From: Octopus bimaculoides
Taxonomy: Eukaryota
Direction: 5' to 3'
DNA: 64,000 bases
Assembly (NCBI RefSeq): GCF_001194135.2
Contig: NC_068981.1
Location: 116,008,271-116,072,270 of the forward strand
Of this stretch, positions 37,836 to 50,870 are shown in pieces. The position numbers were made by a program, and so were the translations under genes. The notes beneath the pieces were generated by a model. The model did not search any database, was not told the DNA's origin, and saw only the letters and a list, made by a program, of their open reading frames with translations. The stretch's first letter is position 1. The number at the start of each line of letters is the position of its first letter.

Positions 37836-39124
37836 TTTATCATCACATATATACATGCACATATAAATATATTAACGTTTGCTTTTATGTATAAAAGCAC
37901 TAAAACATCGAAGGAGCACTCAATTAAATTTAAATAGATTATCATATTTTAATGGGTTTTTTTTTTTTGCTTGGTTTAAAAAGAAAACTTTGTCTGCAAA
38001 CTTCATCTTTGTGAACATATTTCGTATATAGTATGTTTGTAAATTGAACAGTGCATAACCAAGTGGTCTACATATTCGCTTTGATATCATAGGGCCTCGT
38101 CGTGTTCGATTCCATTAGTCGACTGCGTACCCCAGTGGATTTTACCACAACTGTGTGTAGAGACAAACACTCCAAGCGGAAGTGAATAGATTGTAGGAAG
38201 TCCATCGGACAGACTGCAGCAGTAATCCTGAGGTTGAACTTAAACACACTGCGGCACACTGATTTCACTTGAGAATTTTTTCTATAGTAGATAGTTATAC
38301 CTTGAACAACTGGACACATATACGTTTATATTTTTGTCGGCGCATCTCTCTCTCTCTTTCTCTTTCGTTTCTCTCTCTTCACACACACACACATATATGT
38401 ATACACATACATACATATGTATATACATATGTATATATACATGTATGTGTGTGATTCTGTGTGTGTATGTGAGCGCGCGCGCTCGTGTGTGTGTGTATAA
38501 ATGATGGAGTGCTGATACTAGTGTGAAACAATAATTCCAACAGAGAATTTAGATTTGATTGCGTCTGAATCGGCAGAAATGAAACAGATTATGTACAGGC
38601 ATTAATAGCAACGAGATGAAGATGAAAGAGAGAGAGGGAGAGAGAGAGATAGAGAAAGAAGGGTGAAAGAAAGAGAGAGAGTAAGAGAGAGAGAGACGGA
38701 AAGAAAAAGAGAGAAAGTGTTTGTGTGTATGTTAGGTAGATATATGAGCACTGCATAAATTAAGAATTAAATAATGGATGGGAAAAGAGACCTGGAGCTT
38801 AAAGAATTTTGGAGGTGTGAGAGAAGCACAAGAAGAAGAAGAAGAAGAAGAAGAAGAAGAAGAAGCGGTAGGGATGAGAAAAACATCGGAGAAGCAGCAG
38901 GATGGCTATTTATCTGCGAAAAAGTAATAGTGGAGTGGGAGGGGCTGGCTGTCAGAGTTGGAAGGTGGAGCGATGAAGTTGATGGAGTAAATGGGCGGGG
39001 TCAACAGAATGTTTCTCGTTGCTGCTCATGTTCGCTGATCATCTTGCTTCCTGCTGCTTTTGGTGGTGGTGGTGGTGCTGCTACTACTACTACTACTACT
39101 ACTACTACTANNNNNNNNNNGCTG

Positions 39125-39206
<82 letters not shown>

Positions 39207-39449
39207 TTGTAGTACTCAGACATAGGGACGACAAAGAAAGAGAAAAAGTGAGAGAGAAGTTAAATAGATACATGCTAGTGGCACGATCAGTGACGACTAC
39301 TACTACTTTTTGCAATTCTGGCCGGCTTGCAGAAACACAAACACACACATACGCCCATACACGCACACACATACACATACGCACATGTATTCACATACAT
39401 ATATATGTGTGTGTGTACGCATACATATACACATGGCTCGACCTCGCGA

Positions 39450-42150
39450 ACGTAGAACCATGAAGGTAGTCTTCCACGTTGAATTGCCTCTTGTTCGCCT
39501 CGGCAAATATGCGTGCACTATGTAAGGAAGAAACAGAATGTTGCATGGTATGGCGCCAAGTTACACAATTGGAGATTTTAGTAGACCCACATAACGGTTG
39601 AGGTGACAGGCAGATTATTTTCATATTTTTCTTGTACATTTTCGTTGATGCGTATCTATTCTGATGACCAGAGGAAAGTTCACCACATAGCACAATCTTG
39701 GACAGGTAATGATCTTCCAACGTGTATACGAATCCTGTAAAATGTAGTTGCGCCTTTAAAAGCATGGCCCTCGATGTGAATTTCCACTTATTTGAGGTTT
39801 CACTCCAGTGAATGTTGAGGTTGGCGTGGAGGTAGCGCTGGCGGAAGTGCTCAAGGAGTCGAAGGTTGTGATGATAGGTAATTCATGACTCGGTGTTGTA
39901 GAGAAATGTGATCTAATACGCTGATCTTTGTCTCTTTTCTAAAGGGCTTGCTGCTTCAAATAGTTTTGTACAATGAATGTTTGTCATTCAGCTGTCTACA
40001 TGAATATTAGTATATCTGCTAGCTGAATTGTGGAAATGTTTCCAGCTCTGTTTCGCTGATGGGTATTAAAGGACGGTGGTAACTTCGCGTCGGAAGAGCT
40101 CTGTGGGATCTACAAAGCAGGGCATTTTACACTTTAATATGTAAGCAACGATTTCTGTAACGTCCCAAAGGATATTTCTCAGAGAAATTGTTCCTGTGTC
40201 TTTGCTGTGGAACAGCCTTCGCCTCAGGTTGAATTGACTGCTATTGATGTATGTAGAGAACATCCTCTTCCTCGAAGTTTCTGTGGTCATTATGAGCATC
40301 AAGCGGAAGGAGTAATGAAGAAAGCAGGCACGAAGAAGACAGCTTCGCATTACATTCTTTCCTATTTGGAAGAGCTGTGAGGGTTCGTTGTTGTGTTTGA
40401 CTTGATCTTATGTAGCTGAATGAACATGTTGAGAAATTTTGGGGAACATCTCAATTGTTTCTTAGTTTTATCCGGGCCCTTCCTTCTCATTTTGTCGAAA
40501 GCTTTAGTAGGGTCTACAAGTGAACAATTCTGTGCTTTTCTTTTCATTTTCCTTGAGCTAATACCATGTCATGAAAGCTCCTGTTTAGTCTGAAACAGTA
40601 TTACTGTTTTGGCGGAATTAGTCTGCAATGAAAGATACAAATCAGTTTAGGAGAGCAATGGCAAGCACAATTGCCCGTTATTTTAAGCACCTTCGTTCTC
40701 TCATAGTGGTCACTACATCACTTACGTTCTGTTTTATTTCGCCTTTCTCTCATCATAAACAAAGAAATCATGCAACACTGAGCCGCCATTCATCCAAATC
40801 TCAACAATTTTCCCTCAACTCCTACCGCCTATCCATGTTTCAGCTGCTTTGTGGCCTTGATATGCTCTCCAATTGTTTTGATCCGATCCAGTGCTGTCTA
40901 AATTAGTGGATGCAACAAAAGATAAACTATGGAGTCTTGGAATCAAGTGAATGGTGTTCAGTAGTGTCTAAGAGTGTTCTAACCAATAGTTAAGGATGAA
41001 CTCCTTAAACATTGCACTACTGATTGCACTAGTGATTGGTGCGAAAGGCCATACTTTAGCGACAGAAATTCAAAAAACCCGCTGTAGGCACAGATGTATA
41101 CTCACAGTTTTGTTCTCTTTAAGATTAGCATACTAGAATTCTGGGTTTCTCTAAAACTGTACAGGAATTTGCTGCATACTGAACTCAAGTTAGCTTTCAT
41201 ATCAGGGCAAGTGGGCTGAGCAAGACACTACTGATGAGCAAATCTCTTTTTAGCTAACAAATCCTGGATCTCCTGGTTATTACCCTCGAACAGATATCTG
41301 CTTTTTTTTTTTTTTTTTTTTTTTTTTTTGTAGAAAACGCTTTGTCTCGTTCAGAAAACTGCAGTATGGTGAGTTTTAAGTGTGCTTTTGAAAAGAAATC
41401 TATAAAGAAGTTAGAATTCTTGACAGAAGTTTTACTTAGAAAACAGCTTGATCCGATCCTTGGACCAAATGTGCATCCAGATTTTCTCCAGACTATCTTT
41501 CTGCTAGAAGATGATAGTGGTGACTTGATTGTTGTTCAACACAACATTCTAGCAGAAGACATTGTTTGTCATTGCATTCTCCTATACCATGTTTGTCAAG
41601 TACCCCTTCCTAGGCCTCTGAAAAATTACCTATACTTGTCATAAAATTGCGAATGATAATTTTGTCGTCTGCAAGAGTGTTCTATTTGAAGTTGCGCAAA
41701 TATAAAACTTAACCACTTCTGCAGAATCAGGTTGCTGAATGGGTGTATACATGCGCTGAAGAGTCAGTCATAATATCTGGTTTGAAGTGAGAGGCGCATG
41801 TTGTGAATGTAGTTGGAGTGATTGTTGTTAGGTTTTCCAACTTCGTGATAATTGATTTCTTCACTATAAAGCCAACTCTAGAAAGGTGTCTTTCAGTCTC
41901 TGGTGTGTCAGACACTAGAGAGTGTAACCGGCTCCATGCACTTTAAAGCTATCTTTTTTCTAAGAAGCAAATAATCTCTCGGAGAAGCAATGTCGATATT
42001 CGAGCTTGAAAGTTCGTGCGTAACCAGAGCAGAGGCCTTTCTGACTGAGCATTTTTCCTGTGTCGAGCATAACCCGGATGTTCCAACAAATGAGCATAGT
42101 TTTTTCTGCACACGATATTATGAAGCAGCTATGTAGCTTTTCCTTGTTTG
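39450..42150 (-). mobile_element. Near full-length but heavily decayed RTE (BovB-like) LINE
   Basis: In order: SALVTHELSSSNIDIA; PETERHLSRVGFIVKKSI; GVLDKHGIGECND (APE); VDPTKAFD; FNLRR (RT); MLLKAQL...LSKIVLCGELSSGH (C-terminus). Confidence 0.85.
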
Positions 42151-42761
42151 TTACTGTCCGTCCTCATCTGAGAATACTGTTTGCTTTTAACCCGTTGACT
42201 TTCTCTCTCTCTTTTTAAGCAGAAACGGTGAAAAAGAAATTTATGAATTCACAGACTGAAAAATGGGACCTATTCTGAATGGATTCTCGTTTTGAGTTTA
42301 AATATTTAATGGTTTTGCAGCTGAAGTTGAGACAAGCTTCCATCAAGCATGGATCTTCCCTAGAACTGTATGTGTTCATTTAAACATTTTGTATATTCGT
42401 TCTCTAAGAAAAGAACTCTCCTTTTTTAACAGGAGTGGAGTTGTATGAAATCATAAATGACAGAGAAATATTTAGATGAAGTTTTATTTAACAATTAAAA
42501 AAAATCCTAATATCACGACAAAACATGCAAATATCTTAGATTTAATAATAAAGTACTTACATGTCTGCATTAATGCAAAATGCAAACCATTCTTCCAAAA
42601 TAATACAGAATTTGAGCTACGGCGTCAGGTGAAAGTAAATCTTTGTTACACTCCTTATACTTTTCTCTTCCACATTACAACATATTCTATATGTTTTGTA
42701 CGATGATACATTAAGGAGGCTGTTTTGAGTACTACTGAATTACTTAGATCCATATATTGTG

Positions 42762-42802
<41 letters not shown>

Positions 42803-42805
<3 letters not shown>

Positions 42806-44365
42806 TGAAATTTACAGAAAAACAAAAGACGAAGACAGGTGCATGAACAACAAGCAGGTGTATTAGTTTGACGCTGGAAAAGTGAGAAAGTACTTCACGT
42901 TTCGCGCTGACGCTCTTCAACAGAAAGGAATAGGAGAAAGTAAATAGGGAGAGAATAAAAAAAAAACTTGTGGATTTAGCGATCAAGCATGGCGGCGAGT
43001 TGGGAAAAGAAGGTTTGACAGGAGAGGTAGAAAGAAGGGGAGATAATAAAGTATTGGTGATCCCAAAACAAAGGTGTGCGTGCGCGTGCGTATATGTGAG
43101 AATGTGTGTGTGTGTGTAGATAGGGGCTAATGACTTTGACGTGTGGATGCTTGCGTGTGTGTGTGTGTGCATCTGTAATGTGTAGGTGTGTTAATGTTGG
43201 AGTATGAGTGTGCGGATGATGGTGTGTGAGTTTGCAGGTGATAGTATATGGTGTGGATGATGGGAAGTAGTCACTGCTAGTGTGTGTTGTGTAGTGCTAT
43301 GTGATGTGGTGGTGTGAGAGTTGGGTTGCGGATGTGGGTGGGAAAATGGGTGGAGATGTAGGTGTGGCGTGTGGGGGTGGGGGAGTAGGTTTAGGTAGAG
43401 ATGTGGGTGGGAGGTGTAGGGGTTGGGGTCGGGTATGTTAGAGTTGGGTGTGTGGGTGTGAGCTGTAGGTGGAGGGGGTATAAATGAAGAGAGAAGGTAT
43501 GTAGGAGTGAAGAGTGGAAGTAGGTGTCAGAGCATGAGAGAAGAGAAGTGGGTAGGAGTGAAGAGCGAAAGTAGGTGTCAGATGAAAAGAGGAGGGGAGG
43601 GGAGTCAGATGAAGAGAAGAGGGACATGTGGGCAAAGGAGGGAAGAGAGAAGATTAATTCATGTTCACAGCGAATGGCCTCTGTGCAAAGGCAATCCGAA
43701 CACAGACAGGTGTTGTAATGAATAACTGGTAGAGCGGAAATGGCGCGAGGCCGGGGTGTTATTGCCGAGTCTAATGTCTTGGAGGAGCTCCACGAACCGG
43801 TCAGCCAAGCGGCGTCCCGTTTGACCGATTTACAGAGAAGGTCATAAAGAGAAGGAGATGCAGGAAATGAAGTTGCTAGAAGTGCAAATAAAGGAGTTGG
43901 TGATATGATAGGGACGATGATGAGTGTCTGTAAAGATGGTGGTGTTGGAGATGTCGAGGCAAGTATGGCTAGATGCTTGGGCGGGAACAGGGGAACGAGC
44001 CAAGTTGGGAGGTGGGGTTAGAGAAGAAACTGTGGACCAGGGAGTGACGCAGGTTGTGGGCTCGTTTGAAAGAGGGAAGAGGTAAGTTGGGAAGATGTGC
44101 AAGGTGGAGGGGTCGGACTGGAATCGCCGGAAGGTTCGGAGACTGATGCCTTGAAGGGACAGAGTGGAGGGGTGGTAGGTGAGAAGAAACAGGAGACGGG
44201 CAACGGCGGGGTGGGGGCGGGGAAAGAGCAGAGACACAGTCCACGGAACGTGTTCTGGGAAGAGCTGCGTGGATAGTGGTGAGGGGATATCCACAAAGGA
44301 TGAAGTGGTTAGCCATGAATTGAGACTGAGTCTCAAAGTCATGGTTGTCACTGCAGAGCCTAATA
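42803..44365 (-). mobile_element. 5'-truncated Penelope-like element (RT thumb, GIY-YIG, 3' region with hammerhead) ending at (TA)n
   Basis: RLCSDNHDFETQSQFMANHFILCGYP; FKRAHNLRHSLVHS; CTSSNFISCISFSL..IGQTGRRLADRF; hammerhead motif at ~42890-42930. Confidence 0.9.
42890..42930 (-). ncRNA. Minimal type I hammerhead-like motif with variant core
   Basis: ccuuu-CUGUUGA-A-GAGC(guca)GCGC-GAAA-CGU-G; same layout as the copies at ~11753-11790 and ~13270-13305. Confidence 0.55.
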
Positions 44366-44928
44366 CCATGTTGATGAGTTTTCACCATACATCTCTGCCC
44401 ACAAACTTTGCTAATACCTCATGTTTCTGTCTTTATTGTTAATAAAGTTGTTATAAGGTTATTGACACTTTTATGTATTTATTTTGTTCTACATTATGAC
44501 ACTTATTGTAAGAATAATTGTCACAATCCGGTCAGCAGGGAATAGTTTATGCTTCAGTCTGGACCGCAAACCAAATGTGTTTGAGAATTATTGAGAGTCA
44601 TTTGATAGGTGCTCTGATATGAAATTTTCGTTTAAGAGAGGTTTCGGTTATCCGGCTCTTGATTCTCATCAGATATTTAACTTTGGACAATTTAGAAAGA
44701 GGCAGACGTGTCTTATAAGCATATGACTATAATCCATTAAAGCACAGATATCTCTTGAACGATTATCACGCGAAAAGATGGAACAACAACAACTATAGGA
44801 ATAATATATATGTGTATGTGTGTGTGTGTGTGTGTGTATATGGCCATATGCTGTACATATGTACGCATGCATTTGGGTGGATGTTTATGCATATATATCA
44901 GTTAGTGCTGAACTAACTAGCGTTTAAT

Positions 44929-45365
44929 GAAATCAGTTATATACAGTCATATTTAACATATACGGTACATTCGGATATGGAACGAAAATACGCTGCACAA
45001 GTTCTTTGTAGTGAAGAAATTCTCCTTGTAAACAATATGGATGTGAACACAACTCTCAGATATGAATAATGGCAGTAGACAGTAGGGCGCATGAGTATCT
45101 GCATAATTACATTTTATCGTCTGCGTATATCTATCTGTCAGTTGCTCTTGTCAGCTGCTCTTGTATAAGAATGACAAATGGAACATTTGCTGATGTGCGA
45201 AAAGCTTTATCAGGATCGAATAAATAAGTCAGAAGTGCAACTAAGCTGCGCTGAAGGAAATGTAGTTATGCACAGTCGTATTTGACATGTTCGTATACTT
45301 ACGGACATGGAATGAGAATGTGGTCTCTAGTGAAGAAATTCTCTTTATATGCAATATGGGTGTAG
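44929..45365. repeat. Diverged ~115-bp direct repeat pair
   Basis: gaaat..agttat..acagtc.tattt.acat...tagtgaagaaattctc.tt..a..caatatgg at ~44929-45045 and ~45257-45362. Confidence 0.6.
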
Positions 45366-46589
45366 TTGATGAAACGTAACAAACGCAGAAACGCATGAGA
45401 ATTTTCTTCTCTCGAGATAACTTCTACAGGATTTTGTCCTACCATGTCCGAATGTCCTCGAACATGTTATGACTGTACGTAACTATATTTCAGTCAACCC
45501 CACTTAACACGTCCCTAGATGAGTTATTTCAGCTTGATAAAGCTATTGGTGCATCAGTAAATGTACCATTCGCTATGCTAATATAAGAGCGACCAACTCT
45601 AGATGACCATGAATGATGGCTCGGTATACATAGCCGATGAAGCAAGCGTATTGATGCAGAAACTCATATATCCTACTCATGGTCTAGTGGTGTGTTTATA
45701 CCAATATTGTCAATAAGGCGAATTGCTTCGATCGAGACACCTTTTGCAGTGTATTGTCTTTCTATATGTAAATGTTGACGAACATGTTAAATATGATTGT
45801 CCGTAACTTTATGCATGTGTATATGTTTGCGTGCTTGATTTGAAATTTATACATAAATATTCTACGCACCATGAAAGAGTTTGTCCGTAATATTGGAATT
45901 TCCTCCCTCAGTAGCATACGAACGTACACAATACCATTAAATTCTTGCTTACACAGTCCACCTCCATGGTTCCTGAGTTTTTGTATTTACTTAACAATTC
46001 ACCCAGCCACATGCGCACATACACGTATATGCAACAAATATGTTTGCTTGTATGCGTTTCGTCTTACACACTCAAACACACACACTCATATTATAGTGTG
46101 TCTTCTCCAACAATAATTATTTATTTTGACAATGTAAAGGAATATATATTACTTGTTTTCTTTACATTTACATGTAATGTTTCACATGTGGAAGAATTCA
46201 AATGGAAGGCGAATTGTGCTGAACGAAATGCATAGCAGTATATAATTACACCCTTTTATAGTAACTCTCAAACACTCAGTTTGCATTGTTTTATTTCTGT
46301 AGAGTTGATAAACAATGTACCAGTAATACATAAGTTCCAGTCAATGAAATATGCATACCCCCTCACAGTTATAAATCAATGTTGCTTTCGAAGACCGAAG
46401 TTGTGGTTGCTGTTCCACCCCGAAGTAGATTGAAATCAATCAAACATACGATGAATGCCGTTTAAGCTTTGCCTGTTCTCTCCATATTAATTTCCTGTAT
46501 TGTATTGTTTAGTGTGTCTTTTTGAATTTTTAAAAAGTAATTATACTTTAATTTGAAGGAGATGTGGCTATTATTTTACGCGAAGTTAA

Positions 46590-46802
46590 AGCGGTGAACT
46601 GGCAGAATTGTTAGTACACCGTACAAAATACTCCGAGGCATTTCTTCCAGTTTTACATTGAAGTTCCGCAGAGGTCTATTTTGCCTTTAATCCTTCCAGG
46701 ATCGATTAAAATAAGCGCCTGTCGAGCACTGGGGCCAATGTAACCGACTAGCACTCCCCACCACACAGAATAAAATTATATGTGCCTATACTAGAAAGAA
46801 TT
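46590..46802 (+). mobile_element. SINE family A
   Basis: gcggtgaactggcagaattgttag head; ttttgcctttaatccttccaggatcgat body. Confidence 0.75.
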
Positions 46803-47429
46803 ACTTTAAGCATGTTCAGTGACCATATGAGCAATGTCCTTGTTGGTTAATCTTACAAAGCGGTATAAAAACAAAAGTAGAGAACTGGAATAAATATGTA
46901 ACAGCATTGATATTCGACTTGTGTAGATAAGAAATTCCACTTCAATAATGTTTATCTTTCTGTCAAAGAGTGTGGGTTCGAAATGTCAAAGGCTTTTCCA
47001 TTTTTCCTGGGCGTCAAATTAATACACCTTCTTTGTTCTTCCCTGTCTCTGCCTTTTGTTTTTGCACATTTGAACCATTTATCTTTCTATCATCCATAAA
47101 GTATATAGCTAGCATAAACATTTGTAGGACCATGTATGCACAAAAAAAATCATGGAATGTTCAGGAATCTAGTGGGTTGCAACTCTAAAACAAAATGGAT
47201 GAATAAAATATTTTATGCAGGCTCAGAGAGAAAAGAAACTATGAGGGTGGCAGAAGAGAGACTATGGCATGGGTTTGTCTTAAGTGGAGAGTGTATGAAA
47301 TTAGTTGCTTTGAAGAGAAGTTACCATAGTGGAATAAAACAGAGATAGAGGGCATCTAGCAATGATTGCTTACATTGGGCCAAAACAACGAAGGAAAAGA
47401 TCATAGCCAGTTAAATCGACTCTAGTACA

Positions 47430-47620
47430 AGTATTTCAATTTTAGGCACAAAGCCGGCAATGTTGGAGAGGGAATAACCGATAATATTTACCAACTACTT
47501 GACTGGTACTTTAACCCGGATGAATGAAAAGCAAAGGCAAGACTCAACTCAGAAGATTCGGAACACAAACCGTTAGGTATTTCGGCTGACGCTCAGATGA
47601 CTCTAATCACCCGCAATAAA
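47430..47620 (-). mobile_element. SINE family A, diverged
   Basis: ttttaggcacaaagccggcaa...gactggtactt...aactcagaag. Confidence 0.6.
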
Positions 47621-47624
47621 CTGG

Positions 47625-48940
47625 TCAATTACTGAAATATGTAATGTTGACAGAAAAATACGAAAACTGTTGACAATGCATAGAATGCACCACCCTAAGG
47701 CAGATATAGAACGTCTTTATCTGCCAAGAAAAGAGGGAGGCCGAGGACTTCTGCAGCTGGCATTAACAATGAAGGTAGCCACAATTGGCCTAGACACCTA
47801 TCTGAAAAACTCTGAGGACTGGATGCTAAAACTTGTCTCAAAACATGAAAGCAAGAAAGCATCTTACTCAGTAACAAAACAGGCAAAGGAATATCTAAGT
47901 GAATTCCAATTGCAACAAATTCAAGAATTAGACGAACTAGAAACACCTGCAGNNNNNNNNNNNNNNNNNNNNNNNNNNNNNNNNNNNNNNNNNNNNNNNN
48001 NNNNNNNNNNNNNNNNNNNNNNNNNNNNNNNNNNNNNNNNNNNNNNNNNNNNNNNNNNNNNNNNNNNNNNNNNNNNNNNNNNNNNNNNNNNNNNNNNNNN
48101 NNNNNNNNNNNNNNNNNNNNNNNNNNNNNNNNNNNNNNNNNNNNNNNNNNNNNNNNNNNNNNNNNNNNNNNNNNNNNNNNNNNNNNNNNNNNNNNNNNNN
48201 NNNNNNNNNNNNNNNNNNNNNNNNNNNNNNNNNNNNNNNNNNNNNNNNNNNNNNNNNNNNNNNNNNNNNNNNNNNNNNNNNNNNNNNNNNNNNNNNNNNN
48301 NNNNNNNNNNNNNNNNNNNNNNNNNNNNNNNNNNNNNNNNNNNNNNNNNNNNNNNNNNNNNNNNNNNNNNNNNNNNNNNNNNNNNNNNNNNNNNNNNNNN
48401 NNNNNNNNNNNNNNNNNNNNNNNNNNNNNNNNNNNNNNNNNNNNNNNNNNNNNNNNNNNNNNNNNNNNNNNNNNNNNNNNNNNNNNNNNNNNNNNNNNNN
48501 NNNNNNNNNNNNNNNNNNACCAAAAACTGAGCAAATATAAAGATCTTGAAATAGAAATTAGCAAAATGTGGAATCTGAAGACGAAAACAATACCTATTGT
48601 CATAGGTGCCCTGGGAATGACAGCGAAACGGGCTGATTACTACCTAGCTCAGATACCAGGAAACCCCAAAATGGCTGAAGTTCAAAAGATAGTGCTCATA
48701 GGAACTGCCGATATCCTACGTAAAATACTGTCTATGTGATCTCAAATTTTAAAACAAACACATAATTTTCTTATGGTTTCTTAAACATTCACTAGAACAA
48801 AACTGTACAAATCCAAATATATAGTACCCAAGGCATAACACCTACATGAACTTCTAACTTGTCTCTTGAGGTCTCTGGGTGAGACTTGGATCCAACTTGT
48901 ACAAATGCAAAACAAAAGTCAAACATAAAATAATAATAAT
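47625..48940 (+). mobile_element. 5'-truncated Dong/R4 LINE with (TAA)n tail (gap inside)
   Basis: INWSITEICNVDRKIRKLLTMHRMHHPKADIERLYLPRKEGGRGL; after the gap KYKDLEIEISKMWNLKTKTIPIVIGALG...GTADILRKILSM* (stop at 48737-48739), 3' UTR, TAA repeats. Few lesions, so relatively young. Confidence 0.92.
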
Positions 48941-49320
48941 TTCAAATTTTGACACAGGGCCAGCAATTTTATGCAAGGGGTAAGTCGGTTACATCAACCC
49001 CAGTACTCAACTGGTACTTATTTTATGAACCCCGAAAAGATGAAATGCAAAGTTGACCTTGGTGGAATTTGAACTCAGAACGTAAAGATGGACGAAATGT
49101 CGCTAAGCATTTTGTGCGACGTCCTAGTGATTCTGCCAGCTCCCCACCCTAATAATTCTGCCTACTTAGCCACCCTAATAATAGTGATAATGGCTTTAAA
49201 TTTTGGCAAAGCCAACAGTTTTAGTGTAATAGGATAAGTCAATTACATCATTCCCACTATTTGACTTTTACTTATTTTATTTAAGACAAAGAATAAAAGA
49301 TAAAGTCGACTTCGGCATGT
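48940..49320 (-). mobile_element. SINE family A (48940-49150) plus a partial copy (49190-49320)
   Basis: cccagtactcaactggtacttatttt...gaatttgaactcagaacgtaaag...gattctgccagctc. Confidence 0.8.
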
Positions 49321-49389
49321 TTATTCAACTCTTTCAACTTCTACAGCAATTACCAGAGAGCCCATACCCTACAAAATTGACGAGAAGAT

Positions 49390-49700
49390 ACCCTTGATTA
49401 AGCGAGCGCGCGAATATATTCTGGAGCAATCCAGCCTCTAAATATAGGTATGAAACCGACCACTTTTAGGCAAGCGATGCTCGGACTCTAATCAAAAGAT
49501 TTTGACTGATCCATATTCACCAGTGCCTTTACTGAAGCCACGTCTGTTTCCTACCTTATATATGTCATCTCGGATGAAATGGAAGTTGTCGTGGATGGAT
49601 CTATTGAGGATCATTCATGTTTTTTTCCGACGAGATCACTGAAGTTTTATCTCAGCAGCGCTACCATTTTTCGGCTCACAGTTCTCCCGTTCTGCTACTA
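49390..49700 (-). mobile_element. L1/Tx1-like RT fragment
   Basis: RSIHDNFHFIR, ALVNMDQSKSFD, GFIPIFRGWIA. Confidence 0.65.
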
Positions 49701-50789
49701 GTTAGGGTAGACTTAATAGTTCTATATTATTTTTAACATAGGAAAACATCACACACTTGGTGAGAGATGTATAATCAATAAAATCAGTGAGTTCTTATTA
49801 ATTCAATGAAAACGGTAGGATGAAAGTCAAAGGAGACACTTATGGAATTTAGTCACATAACAATGCCACAGAGTATTCACTGACAGTATATTGGTTCATG
49901 GGCTGCCCAGAATGGCCGCCAAATCACCTTGAAATGATACACTAACATTATAAAAAAAAGGAAAGAAACATTGAATGGTTGGAATGCTTTTTGATCATAA
50001 ATTTGCACAGTCGTAACTGAGCTGAGGATGAACAAGTATAACAAAACATTTTGCAGGCGTTCTATTGATTCTCTCGTTCTGTACATTATTGAGGAAGGTG
50101 GGGGGAGAAGAGGAAAATAAGCATTGACTATCATTCACAGCTGCTGAACAATAAAGTCACCATTGGTCAGTTACCTCTCGCATTATAAGTAGATCTGGCG
50201 GAGTTGATAGAAGTAAACCGAACAGCGTTTACAAATCGAAGATTATATATTAATTTCCATAAGTATATGGTGCAGTATTACTACTGGCGAACGTTTTCGG
50301 CTGTCGGGAGACGATACTTTTGAACTGTGGTGTCAAAAGTTAGATGTGTCAAAGAATAAAGGTGAATAACGTAATGCTCTCCCAATACTCTCGTTCAATG
50401 TTTATGGATTGCTAACTTTTTGTGATTTTATTCGACCGCTGCTATCATGTTTAGAATATATCTGGCTGCATAGAAAACCCTGAGAGGATTGCCTAAGTTC
50501 CTTCTTAATCGCTGGTAAAGGGTCATCGTTCTTCAACTAAACTTTCATCAACTTCTTTAAGTATAATATATAAATCCGTATATATCATATACCTATGTAC
50601 ATATATTATATATAATTAAATAAATATACTTCGTCTTTGTAAGCCACCAGATAGTCAATCGACAACCGAAAACGTACGCTAGTAGTAATACTGGATCGTG
50701 TTCTTTTGTTAATTATATATAATCTCCGATTTGAAAACGCTGTACGGTTTATCTCTCTCAATACCCTCCATCGATACTACATAGAATGT

Positions 50790-50870
50790 AAGAGGCAACT
50801 TGAAGATCTGAACCAAACCAGACCCCAAGCAATTCAACCAGTTCTGGTATATACTTTCTTGAAAACATTC
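50790..50870 (-). mobile_element. Small L1/Tx1-like fragment
   Basis: ELLGVWFGSDLQV resembles the RT C-terminal LLGVWFG motif. Confidence 0.45.

Noticed and set aside
45365-45395. Hammerhead-like uugaugaaacgu...gaaacg
   Set aside because: Spacing between the core and stem II is wrong and there is no stem I.
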